Of a stretch of 64,000 nucleotides of DNA, positions 17,483-28,079 are shown one piece after another. The stretch lies in assembly GCA_963734495.1 (NCBI GenBank), contig CAVTHK010000016.1, forward strand, positions 264,133 through 328,132, written 5' to 3'. A model generated the notes under the pieces. It ran no database searches. It was not told the origin of the DNA and saw only the letters and a program-made list of their open reading frames with translations. This DNA is from an uncultured Spirochaetota bacterium (lineage in GTDB: Bacteria; Spirochaetota; Spirochaetia; SZUA-6; CAVTHK01). The position numbers and the translations under genes were made by a program. Every line of letters starts with the position of its first letter. Position 1 is the first letter of the stretch.

Positions 17483-20400
17483 CGAGCCGGTCTTTCAGGA
17501 ACTCCGACTTCTCCTTGAGCCCGACGCTCCCCGTGCGCAGGAACAGGCAGTTCGGCCGCGCTGAGTCGAGGTACACGGAGCCCTGACTCTCACGGATCAG
17601 CCTGAGGACGCGGTCGACCGGGACGCGCGAGACCTGCGCGAACTCGACCGTGGCGAGCCCGCCCCGCTCGCGCAGGCTCGAGACGAAGAGCTTGCGGCAG
17701 ATGATGCGGATCTCCGACATCGAGAGGATGCTGAATACCTCGTCGGGCAGAGGGCCGAAGCGGTCCTCGAGCTCGGCGTATACCGCGTCGTGCTCGTCCT
17801 GGGTCGTGATCGAGGCGATGCGCTTGTAGACTTCCATCTTCTCCATCGCGTCCGGGATGTAGGAGTCGGGGATGAACCCCGAGTACTCGAGCTCGAGGAG
17901 CACCTCCGGCGGCGTATCCTCCTCCTCCTGGCGCAGCTCCCGGATCGCCTCGTCGAGGAGGCGGATGTACATGTCGTAGCCGACGGCGAGGATGTCGCCG
18001 CTCTGCTCGCGCCCGAGGAGGTTTCCGGCGCCGCGGATCTCGAGGTCCTTCATCGCGATCTTGAACCCGGAGCCGAGCTCGGTGAAGTCCGAGATGATGC
18101 GCAGCCTCTTCATGGCGAGCTCGGTCAGCGCGCGCTGGTCCGGGTACAGAAGGTAGGCGTATGCCGCCGTCTCGGAGCGGCCCACGCGCCCCTTGAGCTG
18201 GTAGAGCTGGGCGACCCCGAACATGTCCGCACGGTCGATGATGATCGTGTTGACGTTCGGGATGTCGAGCCCGTTCTCGATGATGGTCGTCGAGAGCAGC
18301 ACCTGGAACTCGCCGTGCACGAACCGGCGCATGATGTCCTCGAGCTCGTCGCCGTGCATCTGGCCGTGCGCCGCCTCCACGGAGACGTCGGGCAGCAGCT
18401 CGCTCAGGAACAGGTGCGTCTGCGGCATCGTCTCGACGCGGTTGTGCAGGAAATACACCTGCCCGCCGCGCGCGATCTCGGCACGCACGGCCCGCGAAAC
18501 GATCTCGGCGTTGAACTCCATGATGAAGGTCTCTATCGGCTGCCTGTTGGCGGGTGCGGTGTTGAGGATCGACATGTCGCGGATGCGCATCAGGGACATG
18601 TGCAGCGTGCGCGGGATCGGCGTCGCGGTCAGGGTGAGGCAGTCGACGGAGACCTTGAGCTCCTTGAGGCGCTCCTTGTCCTTGACGCCGAACCGCTGCT
18701 CCTCGTCGACGACGATCAGCCCGAGGTTCTTGAACGCGACGTCCTTCTGCAGGAGCCGGTGCGTGCCGATGACCAGGTCGACGGCGCCGGAGGCGATCCC
18801 CTTGATGACCGAGTGCTGCTCGCGGCGCGAGAGGAAGCGGGAGAGCATCGCGATGCGGACGGGGAACTTCTCGAAGCGCTGCCGGAACGTGTCGAAATGC
18901 TGCTCGACGAGGATCGTCGTCGGCGCGAGGATTGCGACCTGCTTGCCCGCGCTCACGGCCTTGAAGGCGGCGCGGAGGGCGATTTCGGTCTTGCCGTAGC
19001 CGACATCGCCGCAGACCATGCGGTCCATCGGCTGCGGCTTTTCCATGTCGGCCTTGACATCCTCGATGCACCGCAGCTGATCTTCAGTTTCCTGGTAGGG
19101 GAACCCCGCCTCGAACTCCGCCTGCCAGTCCGTGTCCTCGCGGAAAGCGGAAGCCCTGCTCGTTCTGCCGGCGTGAATAGAGGCGTATCAGGCGCTCCGC
19201 CAGGTCGTTGACCGACTCCTTGACGCGCCGCTTGCGCCCTTCCCACGACTTTCCCCCGATCTTGTCGAGACGGACCAGCCGGCCGTCCTGGGCGATGTAC
19301 TTCTGGACGAGGTTGACCTGCTCGATGGGCACGTAGACGGTTTCGCCTTCGGCGTACTCGAGGTGGATGTAGTCGCGCTCGCTGCCCAGGGCGGCGAGGC
19401 GCACGATCCCCTGGAAACGGCCGATGCCGTGGTTGATGTGCACGACGTAATCGCCGGGATCGAGGTCGACAAAGGAGTCGATCGCGCGGCTCGGGGCCTT
19501 CTGCACGGAGCGGGGGATCCGGCGCTTGCGGCCGAAGATCTCGCTCTCCTGGATCGCGCAGAGCTTGAGGTCGGGCAGGACGAAGCCCTGCGAAAGGCTG
19601 TCGGGAAGGATCTCGACGGGCAGGTCGCGGAGGATCGCCTTGAGGCGCTCGGCCTGGGCCTCGTAGACCGCGAACACCGTGACGCCGTAGCCGGACTTGA
19701 GGAGATTCGCGACTTCCTCGCGGAGGTAGGCGAAGTTCCCGAAGAAGGAGCGCGGGGGCTCGCATCGGAAGTCGATCGCGGCAGAGGGCGCGCCCCCGCG
19801 GATCATCGGGAAGGTCACGCGGTGGCCGCCCGCGCGCTCCAGCGCCTCCATCTCGAGCAGGATTTCCCGGGGGCGGGCGGCCGGGAGCTTGCGCGAGACG
19901 GCCTGCCGGTAGAGCTCGAGGTGTTCCTTGCGGATGCCGGCCGCCGCGCTCTCCAGGCGCTCGTCATCGACGAGGTAGGTGACCGCCCCGCCGGTCATGT
20001 AGTCCAGCAGCGACGACGGCTGGTCGTAGAGCAGCGGGTACCAGTGCTCGGCGCCGCCCCGATCGGGCTCGCGCTCGAGCCGTTCGCCGACCGAGGCCGC
20101 GGCATCGGGGGCGGCGCCCGCAGCGGCGAGGGCGGCCGCGAGCCTCTCCAGCCGCCCGGCGCCCAGGTCCGCCTCACGCATCGGCGCCACCACCACGTGC
20201 GGCAGCCGCCCCGTCGACGACTGTGTGGAGGGGTCGAATCGGCGCACCTCGTCGACGCGGTCGAAGTCCAGCAGCACGCGCACGGCTTCGGGGGCGCCGG
20301 CAGGGAAGACGTCGATCACTTCGCCCCTGACCGCGAACTCGCCGTGCACGGAGACCCGCGGCACTCTGAGGTAGCCGAGCGAGTCGAGGCGTGACTCGAG

Positions 20401-20868
20401 GTCCGCCGGGTCCAGGCTGCCTCCCTTTTCGATCCTGACGAGCCTCGCGGCGAACTCGGCGGGCGAGGGGAGCGGGGTGAGGACGGCCCGCATCGGCGCG
20501 ACCACGAGGGGGGAGCCGCCGGCCAGGAGCGACGCGAGCACAGCCGCCCGCTCCGCGAACACGGACGCGGGCGGCGACGCATCGCCGTACGGCAGCGTCC
20601 CCCACCACGGGAAAAGCAGCACGGTCGACTCGCAGACCAGGTCCAGGTCCTGGTGCAGCGAAGCGGCTTCGCGCTCGGTGGGGACCAGCACGAGCGAGGC
20701 CCCGGCGGTGCGTTTGTGGAGCGAGGCGATCAGCAGCGGCAGGAACCCGTGCTGCGTGCCTTCGACCCTGATGGAGCTCTCGCCGCCGCGCAGCCGTGCG
20801 ACCAGCGCACGGTAGGGGGAAAACGACGATAATTGCTTCTCTAGGCGCTCTCGGAATAAGGTAATCAT
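17469..20868 (-). CDS. mfd: Transcription-repair coupling factor (frameshift near 19148)
   Basis: UvrB-homology N-terminus, VVHINHGIG RID, GDVGYGKT, DEEQRFG, QLKGRVGR, TRCF C-terminus; split over two frames. Confidence 0.95.
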
Positions 20869-20904
20869 GCCGGAATCCGACAATGATAGGGGGTGGTGAC
20901 AGTA

Positions 20905-21869
20905 ATGACAGAACGAGTCCGACCCGCCGCCGCGGCCTTCATTTTTCTCATCATGGCTCTGGCCAGGGCTGCGGGCGCGTCAGAGCCCGTCGACATCCAG
21001 ATACGTCTGTTCGACAAGCGGGTCTACTACGTCAACCGCGCCGACGAGATCAGGCTCAAGGTCACGGTCGTCAACACGAGCGCCGAGCCTTACCGCTTCC
21101 GGCTCGCGGACGATCGCGTCTACAACCTCGACTTCGAGGTCAAGACCCTGGCCAACGTCCAGCTTTCGCACTCGAGGGACTTTACCACCGCGCGCGGCGG
21201 CGATCAATACGTGTTCTTCCGCGAGGTCGAGCTGCAGCCGGGCGAGGAGTACGCGTTCGACGTGACCCTCGACCGCTTCATCCAGGTCGACAAGACGGGA
21301 GTCCTCACGGTGCAGGCCTTCTTCTTCCCTCAGCTCTTCCGCGATGCCGAGCTCGCCCAAAGTCGCGTCCAACGTGGTCCCTGTCAACGTGCGTCCGGCG
21401 GTCCTCACGGAAAAGGAGCAGCAGCTCATCGAGCGCGACACTAACGAAGTGCTCACGCGCGAGCCCATCTCCGCGGACCAGGTGGTCGAGTTCACGATCC
21501 GGGCGCAGGCAGCAGGGGCAGATGCACCGCTTCCTGCTCTACCTCGACGTGCAGAGCTTGATGCTGGCGAGCCCCGACTGGAAGCGCAAGTTCGACCGGC
21601 TCGACGAGCCGGGGCGGCGGGACCTGCTCGCGCAGTACCAGGACATGCTCATGAAGAGCACGGTCGACCAGGACATCCAGACCGTGCCTCAGGACTTTAC
21701 GATCCTCAACACGCAGTACACCCCGTCGCGCGGGACCGTCACGGTCGAAGAGAGGTTCAGGTACCGCGACTACACCGAGGTCAAGCAGTACACGTACAAC
21801 CTCACGAGGCGCGACCGCGTCTGGATGATCACCGGCTACGAGGTCGCGAACGTGCGCACCACGCAGTAG
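20905..21869 (+). CDS. Secreted hypothetical protein (frameshifts near 21355 and 21510)
   Basis: Signal peptide. Coherent high-GC3 coding across three frames ending YEVANVRTTQ*. Confidence 0.65.
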
Positions 21870-21977
21870 CGGTCCTTTGGACGCGGCCCGGCCGCGGAGG
21901 GCGGCGGGGCCGGCGTGCTCCTCCGTGCTCGCGAGGTTGACCGCGGCCCCGCTGCTATCTATACATTAGGTCTCGAC

Positions 21978-22895
21978 ATGCAAATCCGCGACGTTTTCCG
22001 GACGCACGAGACGACGTTCAGCTTCGAGTTCTTCCCCCCACGCGCGGTCAAGGCGTGGGACGGCCTTTTCGAGGTCATTCGCCAGCTGGACGCGCTCGCG
22101 CCGGACTTTGTGTCCGTGACCTACGGCGCGGGCGGCAGCACGCGGCAGCTCACCCACGACCTGGTGGTGCGGATCAAGGAGCAGACCCGCCTGCACCCGA
22201 TCCCGCACCTCACCTGCGTCGCGCACACCGAGCGGGAGATCACCGAGATCCTGCAGCGCTACTGGGACCACGGGATCGAGAACATCCTCGCCTTGAGCGG
22301 GGACCCGCCTCGCGACATCCCGGGGTACAGCCGCGACCACGACGCATTCAAATACGCCGCGGACCTCGTGCGCTTTATCGTGAGATTCAACTCGAGGCAG
22401 GGAAATGGGGGCCGCGCCGGCTTCGGGATCGGCGTCGCGGGGTTCCCCGAAGGGCATCCGGACACCCCGAACCGCCTGCAGGAGATCGAGCACCTCAAGG
22501 CGAAGGTCGACGAGGGCGCGGACTACATCTGCACCCAGCTCTTCTTCGACAACCACGACTTCTTCGATTTCAGGGAGCGCTGCGTCCACGGGGGGATCAG
22601 GGTCCCGATCGTCGCCGGGGTCATGCCGGTCGTCTCGCGCTCGAACTTCGAGCGCATCCCGGAGATGGCGCTCGGCGCCCGTTACCCCGCCGCGCTGCTC
22701 AAGCAGCTCACCCGCTACGAGAGCGACGAGGACATCGCCCGCGTGGGAGTCGACTGGACAACGTGGCAGTGCGAGGAGCTGCTGGCGTTCGGCGTGAGCG
22801 GGATTCATTTCTACACCCTCAACCGCTCGCCGGCGACTCTCGAGATCTTCCGCAGGCTGGGCGTTCAGCAACGCCGAGGATCCAGCAAGAAATGA
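21978..22895 (+). CDS. metF: 5,10-methylenetetrahydrofolate reductase
   Basis: SFEFFPP, SVTYGAGGS, HLTC, GDPP, TQLFFD, HFYTLN. Confidence 0.95.
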   Translation: MQIRDVFRTHETTFSFEFFPPRAVKAWDGLFEVIRQLDALAPDFVSVTYGAGGSTRQLTHDLVVRIKEQTRLHPIPHLTCVAHTEREITEILQRYWDHGIENILALSGDPPRDIPGYSRDHDAFKYAADLVRFIVRFNSRQGNGGRAGFGIGVAGFPEGHPDTPNRLQEIEHLKAKVDEGADYICTQLFFDNHDFFDFRERCVHGGIRVPIVAGVMPVVSRSNFERIPEMALGARYPAALLKQLTRYESDEDIARVGVDWTTWQCEELLAFGVSGIHFYTLNRSPATLEIFRRLGVQQRRGSSKK

Positions 22896-23269
22896 CCGAG
22901 CGCGGGGCGCCGGGATGGCGCGGCGCCCTCAGGCAGGCCGTCGTCCTCCCGATCCGCCTGTACCGACTGGTGATTTCGCCGATACTTCCGGGAGCCTGCA
23001 TCTACACGCCAACCTGCTCCCAGTACGCCATGGACGCCATCGTCCGCCACGGTGTGCTCCGCGGGCTTGCCGCCGCGATCGCGAGGGTCCTGCGCTGCGC
23101 GGGCGGGCTCTACGAAGGCGGGGACGACCCGGTCCCCGAGCGCATCACCTGGCGCGCGCTCGCGGACGGCTACCGCAGATTCTGGCGCCACCGGCGCCAC
23201 TTGCAGCCCCGGCGCCCATGGCGCTCCCGGCGCTCCCGGCGGTCCAAGCGCACAACGAAGCCCGCCTGA
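22892..23269 (+). CDS. yidD: Membrane protein insertion efficiency factor
   Basis: YRLVISP..CIYTPTCSQYA..RC..GGDDPVP. Confidence 0.9.
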   Translation: MTERGAPGWRGALRQAVVLPIRLYRLVISPILPGACIYTPTCSQYAMDAIVRHGVLRGLAAAIARVLRCAGGLYEGGDDPVPERITWRALADGYRRFWRHRRHLQPRRPWRSRRSRRSKRTTKPA

Positions 23270-23422
23270 GCGTGGCCGACCGGGCACACGAAGAGCGTGC
23301 CGGGCAGGCGGCGCGGCGGGTGTCTGAGCAGTTGCGGGTGCGAGAGGGCGATAGAAGTGGTGGACCGGTGCCCTGACCGGTCCTGCGTCGGGCCGAAGGC
23401 GAGGCGGGTTGCTATCCCGTGG

Positions 23423-23593
23423 CTATACCTTGCCGGATTCCTTGTACATCACGTGCTTGCGGACAAAGGGGTCGTACTTCTTGACCTCCATCTTGCCCTG
23501 CGCGTTCCGGCGGTTCTTGGTGGTGTAGTAGCAGTGATTGCTTTCGGAGCTCTTCAGCCGCACCTTGACGACGGTGTCCTTGGCCTTGGCCAT
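23423..23593 (-). CDS. rpmG: 50S ribosomal protein L33 (Zn-independent type)
   Basis: [27 protein letters not shown]; no CxxC pairs. GGAGG RBS. Confidence 0.95.
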   Translation of the reverse strand: MAKAKDTVVKVRLKSSESNHCYYTTKNRRNAQGKMEVKKYDPFVRKHVMYKESGKV

Positions 23594-23643
23594 TGCATCC
23601 CTCCCGGAGGGCAAGCCCCGGCGCGCGGCCGGGGCTCAAACCT

Positions 23644-23814
23644 CTACATCAGGTCGCGAGGCTTCCGTGCCTTGTTACCGGTCTTTTCACAGACCGCGTA
23701 GTGGCGCAGCTTGCCCTTTTCGAAGACCGACTTCATGACGATCTTGCCGCCCCACCGGCTGGTCAGGACCTGGGTGCCTTCGCGGCGGGCATTCTTTGAG
23801 ATATCACCGGCCAA
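23644..23814 (-). CDS. 56-aa basic protein, probable spirochete ribosomal protein bL38 homolog (absent from the ORF track)
   Basis: TTG start after GGAGGTGA. MAGDISKNARREGTQVLTSRWGGKIVMKSVFEKGKLRHYAVCEKTGNKARKPRDLM*. Directly upstream of rpmG. Confidence 0.75.
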   Translation of the reverse strand: MAGDISKNARREGTQVLTSRWGGKIVMKSVFEKGKLRHYAVCEKTGNKARKPRDLM

Positions 23815-23989
23815 GAGTCACCTCCTAGTGCTTGACGGGAACGAGCTTATATACTCACTTCCACGAATCAGGTCAAGAGGGTGAGCCGAGGTGCCCGCCG
23901 TGCGGTCCGCCGGACTCGAGCGCGCCGTGGCAAAGCGGGCCTGCGGTTCTTGACAGCGGCGGACCGCGCTCCATAGACTCCCAGGAGCC

Positions 23990-24742
23990 ATGAAAGTGGT
24001 CTCGTGGAACGTGAACGGCCTTCGCGCGCTCCTGCAGAAGGATGGTTTGCGCGCGCTGGAGGCCGAGGACCCCGACGTCATCTGCCTGCAGGAGACCAAG
24101 GCGACCTCGGAGCAGGTCGAGGGGATCCCGGACGGCTACGCCCACCAGTTCTGGAGCTCGGCCGAGCAGAAGGGCTACTCCGGAACCGCGGTCCTCTCCC
24201 GGCTCGCACCGCTGTCGGTCCGCATGGGAATGGGCTCCAGGGAGCACGACAGCGAGGGACGCCTGATCAGCCTGGAGCTCCCCGATTTCTGGCTCGTGAC
24301 GGTCTACACCCCGAACGCCGGGCGCGGCCTCGTCCGCCTGGACTACCGGCTCGAGTGGGACAAGGCGTTCCTGCGTTACCTCCGCCGCCTCGAGAAGAGC
24401 AAGCCGGTCGTCTTCTGCGGCGACCTCAACGTCGCGCACAGGGAAATCGATATCGCCAACCCAAAGGCAAACCGAAGGAACGCGGGGTTCACGGACGAGG
24501 AGCGTGAGAACTTTTCCCGGGTCCTGGACTCCGGCTTCGCCGACACGTTTCGCGAGCTGCACCCGGAGCCGGGGCAGTACACCTGGTGGACCTACATGTA
24601 CAACGCCAGGGCCAAGAACATAGGCTGGCGGATCGACTACGTGTGCCTGTCCCGGGCGCTGCTGCCGCGCCTGCGCAGCGCCTCCATCCTCTCGGGCATC
24701 ACGGGGTCTGATCACTGCCCCGTAGCGGCGGAGATCGCGTGA
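23990..24742 (+). CDS. xth: Exodeoxyribonuclease III
   Basis: SWNVNGLR, LQETK, GDLNVAH, YTWW, GWRIDY, SDHCP. Confidence 0.95.
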   Translation: MKVVSWNVNGLRALLQKDGLRALEAEDPDVICLQETKATSEQVEGIPDGYAHQFWSSAEQKGYSGTAVLSRLAPLSVRMGMGSREHDSEGRLISLELPDFWLVTVYTPNAGRGLVRLDYRLEWDKAFLRYLRRLEKSKPVVFCGDLNVAHREIDIANPKANRRNAGFTDEERENFSRVLDSGFADTFRELHPEPGQYTWWTYMYNARAKNIGWRIDYVCLSRALLPRLRSASILSGITGSDHCPVAAEIA

Positions 24743-25593
24743 GCTCGATGGTGGTCTCGGACCTGGACGGCACGCTGCTGCGGTCGGACAGGACCTTCGA
24801 TCCCCGGGACCTGGACACCCTCGCCGAGCTCGGGCGCCGCGGGGACTTGCGCTGCATCGCCACCGGCCGCAACCTGTACTCCGCGCGGCAGGTCCTGCCG
24901 GCTTCGATGCCCATCGACTACCTCATCTTTTCCTCGGGGGCGGGGACGGTTGACTGGCGCAGCGGCACGCTGCTCGAGCGGCACCTGATGAGCGCCGCGG
25001 AGGTCGCCCGAGCCTTCCGGGTTCTCGAGGCGCGGGGGCTCGACTTCATGGTCCACGAGCCCGTGCCGGAGAACCACCGCTTCACCTGGTTCGCCGTTGA
25101 CGGCGGGGGGGACGACTTCAGGCGCCGAATCGAGCGCTACAGCGAGTTCGCGCGGCCAGGCGACCGTTCGGGTTTCCGGCCGCAGGGCGGCACGCAGCTT
25201 CTGGCCGTCGTCGCCGCGGGCGACGCGGGCGAGCGCGAATACCGGGAGGTGCGCGCCGAGCTGAACGGCCTGTCGGTCGTTCGTTCGACGTCGCCACTCG
25301 ACGGGCTCTCGACGTGGGTCGAGGTGTTCAGCGCCGACGTATCCAAGGGCCTGGCTGCCGCCCGGATCGCCGCGAGGCACGGGGTCGCGCGCGAGCGCAC
25401 GCTTGCGGTCGGCAACGACTACAACGACGAGGATCTGCTTTCGTGGGCGGGCCTGGGGGTGGTCGTGGCAGGCGCGCCGGAGCCGCTGCGTTTCCGTTTC
25501 CGTCAGGTCGCCTCCCACGACTCGGCCGGATTCACCCAGGCGGTGCAGGAATGGGGCGGTCTGCGGGGACGCCGAGCTGACGCCGGTCCGTAA
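24739..25593 (+). CDS. HAD-IIB (Cof-like) hydrolase
   Basis: DLDGTLL, ATGR, SKG, GNDYND. Confidence 0.88.
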   Translation: MSSMVVSDLDGTLLRSDRTFDPRDLDTLAELGRRGDLRCIATGRNLYSARQVLPASMPIDYLIFSSGAGTVDWRSGTLLERHLMSAAEVARAFRVLEARGLDFMVHEPVPENHRFTWFAVDGGGDDFRRRIERYSEFARPGDRSGFRPQGGTQLLAVVAAGDAGEREYREVRAELNGLSVVRSTSPLDGLSTWVEVFSADVSKGLAAARIAARHGVARERTLAVGNDYNDEDLLSWAGLGVVVAGAPEPLRFRFRQVASHDSAGFTQAVQEWGGLRGRRADAGP

Positions 25594-25609
25594 CGGAAAG
25601 GAGTCTTGA

Positions 25610-26170
25610 TTGCAGACGAAGAAGGGAAGGGAGCGGCGCTACGATATCGCCGGGCTCGAAGGGTTCCGCGACCAGGCGGTTGCCTACCTCGCGGCCGAGC
25701 TCGACGAGCTTCGCGAGCGCGTGTACGACCAGGTGCTCCATCTCCCGCAGGAGGCGCTGGACTACGTGGCCGGGGCGACGCAATTGTCCGTCGGCCGCCT
25801 GCTCCTGCACCTGGGCTGGGCGGAGATGAGCTGGATCAGACGTCTGTCAGGGAACGACGGGCCGCAGGACCTGCGCGCCGCCTTGTCCGCCGGAGCGCTC
25901 GAGTCGTTCCAGAAGGATCCGCCGCGAGCAGGACCGGCAGCGGCGCTCGTGGCGCTCTGCCGCAGGGTGCGCGACGAGGTCAGCGTGCCCTGGCTGCGCG
26001 CGGTCCCCGACGCCGACGCGAAGCTGATGGAGGACGGGTCGAGCACGCGAGGCGTTCTCATGCACCTCTGCTGGCACTGGGTCTATCACTCCGGCCACAT
26101 CGGGCTGCTCAGCTTCGAGGCCGGATACGACTACGAATGGACGGTGCGAAAGCCCCTGGCGCGCCCGTGA
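25610..26170 (+). CDS. DinB family protein
   Basis: SVGRLLLHLGWAE ... HWVYHSGHI His motifs. Confidence 0.75.
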   Translation: MQTKKGRERRYDIAGLEGFRDQAVAYLAAELDELRERVYDQVLHLPQEALDYVAGATQLSVGRLLLHLGWAEMSWIRRLSGNDGPQDLRAALSAGALESFQKDPPRAGPAAALVALCRRVRDEVSVPWLRAVPDADAKLMEDGSSTRGVLMHLCWHWVYHSGHIGLLSFEAGYDYEWTVRKPLARP

Positions 26171-26305
26171 GAGAATCGTGGGCGAATCGTGAGCGACCCG
26201 TGATTTGGCTTGACGGGGCGGGAGGATCGCACTACTGTGCACGCGCGGGCGCAACCCGCGTTGATCGCGGGGCGTCGATGCGGCGATCAGCAGAGAGGAG
26301 ACCTG

Positions 26306-26680
26306 GTGCCCACCAAGATCACCATCGAAATCGGCAAGCTGAGCCTCAAGGCGGAGCTCAACGACAGCGCCTCCGCGAAGACCCTGCTGGACGCCCTGCC
26401 CAAGCAGGTCAGCCTGTCGCGTTGGGGCGACGAGTACTACGGCAACTGCGGGATCAAAGTCCAGCAGGCCGATGACGCCCGCGAGGAGATGAGCGTCGGC
26501 GAGCTGGCCCTGTGGCCGCCGGGAAACGCGCTGTGCATCTTCTTCGGCCCCACGCCGGCGAGCAGCGGGCGCGAGCCTCGCGCGGCTTCCCCCGTCAACC
26601 CTGTCGGCCGGCTCCTCGATGATGCGGCGCCTCTCAAGGGGCTGGGTCCGTCGATCCGGGCAAAGGTCGCCAAGGCATAG
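26306..26680 (+). CDS. Cyclophilin-like fold protein (TM1367-like)
   Basis: RWGDEYY, GELALWPPGNALCIFFGPTP, ASPVNPVG. AGGAG RBS. Confidence 0.85.
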   Translation: MPTKITIEIGKLSLKAELNDSASAKTLLDALPKQVSLSRWGDEYYGNCGIKVQQADDAREEMSVGELALWPPGNALCIFFGPTPASSGREPRAASPVNPVGRLLDDAAPLKGLGPSIRAKVAKA

Positions 26681-26759
26681 GGTCGCCAGGGCATAAGGTC
26701 GCTGAGGCCCATAGGGCCGCGGGGCGTCCCGCGGCCGTGGCCCGGATTCCCGCAAAGCT

Positions 26760-28079
26760 CTACTGATTGAGCTTGGTGGCGCGGAACGCGATCACCAGCC
26801 CCATTACGAGGAGCGGGACCAGCGCCAGGATCAGAAGGGTCGTAAGCCCCTGTGCCTGGGGCACGATGCGGATCTGTCTCCGGCTGCCTGGAAGAGGCGC
26901 ACCCGTGCTGTCGCGCGTATCGAGGCGCACCACGCCCCTGTCCCGGCCGATGCTCACCTTGTAAGCGTACAGGTCGGCCTGTGTCTGGTCGGGCTTCGGC
27001 TCGAAGGGCAGGATCTTGTAACCGAGCGCGGACCCCGGGAGCTGCTCGACCCTGTACGGCTTCTCGGTCGTCTTCTCGAGCTGGCCTCCGCGCATGACCT
27101 CGATCGTCGCCTTGGGCACCTGCTGCATCTTGACCCACTTCGTGAGGTTGGGGTTGCCGCGGCCGTCGTTGCGGATGAGCTTCTCGTAGTCCAGGTCGGT
27201 GAATTCGTCCTGATAGAACGGTCTGAGGTAGATGTCCGTCATCCCGTTGACGTAGAGCACGGAGCCGGGCTGGCTGGATTCCTCCGGCCGCGTCCACTTG
27301 TCGGCGGGGATCACGTCGTAGCCGGCGGTCCCGCTGCGCCTCTTCTGGAACAGGACCAGCCTGCGCTCGGACCCCTCCATGACGCGGCCGTCGGGTGCCA
27401 CCAGCCGTATGCGGTAGACGCCGACAGGCAGGTTGATGTTGTACGCCAGCTCAGGCTCGCGGGGCGGAACCACGAACTCGTCCGACGGCTTGGGCTCCTC
27501 GGGCGCCTTGAGCGACTGCAGCTCCTTGACCAGCGCCGTGGGGTCGAGCCCCCTCTTGCGCATGTCGAGGATGCGCTCGGTGAGCTCGGTCGTGCGCTTC
27601 TCGTGGGCGAGCTGGGCATCCGTGAACGCGTCGCGCGCCTTCCAGTCGGCGTCGCGCTGCTTCGTGTAGTACGCGTAGATGCGCGCTGCCTCGTCGCCCT
27701 TGGCCGCGCGCCAGTTCAGCTCGTATTCGCCCTTGACGTTGTAGTAAGTGTAGCTCGCCTTGGCCAGCTCCTGCCGCGGCAGCCCCGGCCCCTCGATCTC
27801 GACCTTCCCCTGGACCTCTTCGTTCAGGACGCTGGTGTCGATCTTCCATTCCTGGGTGAGCGGCCACCAGTAGACAAAGGCCTTGCGGGCAGTCAGGAAG
27901 TTGTCGACGCCGGCGACCAGGTAGATTGCGTCCGATCCCTGGCGGGCAAAGGTTCCCGAGTAGTCCTTGCCGTTAAAGGCCACGATGCTGTAGATGAGCT
28001 CCTCGTTGCGGACCGGCGCCTGGCCCGAGACGGGCAGCGCGAGCGCAAGGAGCGAGAGCAGGATCACCGGCAGCTTCAT
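26760..28079 (-). CDS. Extracytoplasmic hypothetical protein with signal peptide and C-terminal TM anchor
   Basis: MKLPVILLSLLALA signal; internal helical insert; C-terminal hydrophobic helix. Confidence 0.75.
   Translation of the reverse strand: MKLPVILLSLLALALPVSGQAPVRNEELIYSIVAFNGKDYSGTFARQGSDAIYLVAGVDNFLTARKAFVYWWPLTQEWKIDTSVLNEEVQGKVEIEGPGLPRQELAKASYTYYNVKGEYELNWRAAKGDEAARIYAYYTKQRDADWKARDAFTDAQLAHEKRTTELTERILDMRKRGLDPTALVKELQSLKAPEEPKPSDEFVVPPREPELAYNINLPVGVYRIRLVAPDGRVMEGSERRLVLFQKRRSGTAGYDVIPADKWTRPEESSQPGSVLYVNGMTDIYLRPFYQDEFTDLDYEKLIRNDGRGNPNLTKWVKMQQVPKATIEVMRGGQLEKTTEKPYRVEQLPGSALGYKILPFEPKPDQTQADLYAYKVSIGRDRGVVRLDTRDSTGAPLPGSRRQIRIVPQAQGLTTLLILALVPLLVMGLVIAFRATKLNQ

Noticed and set aside
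26665-26720. Degenerate 16-18 bp tandem repeat (ggtcgccaaggcatag) as a mini-CRISPR or regulatory array
   Set aside because: No spacers and no cas genes; it looks like slippage duplication of the gene's 3' end.
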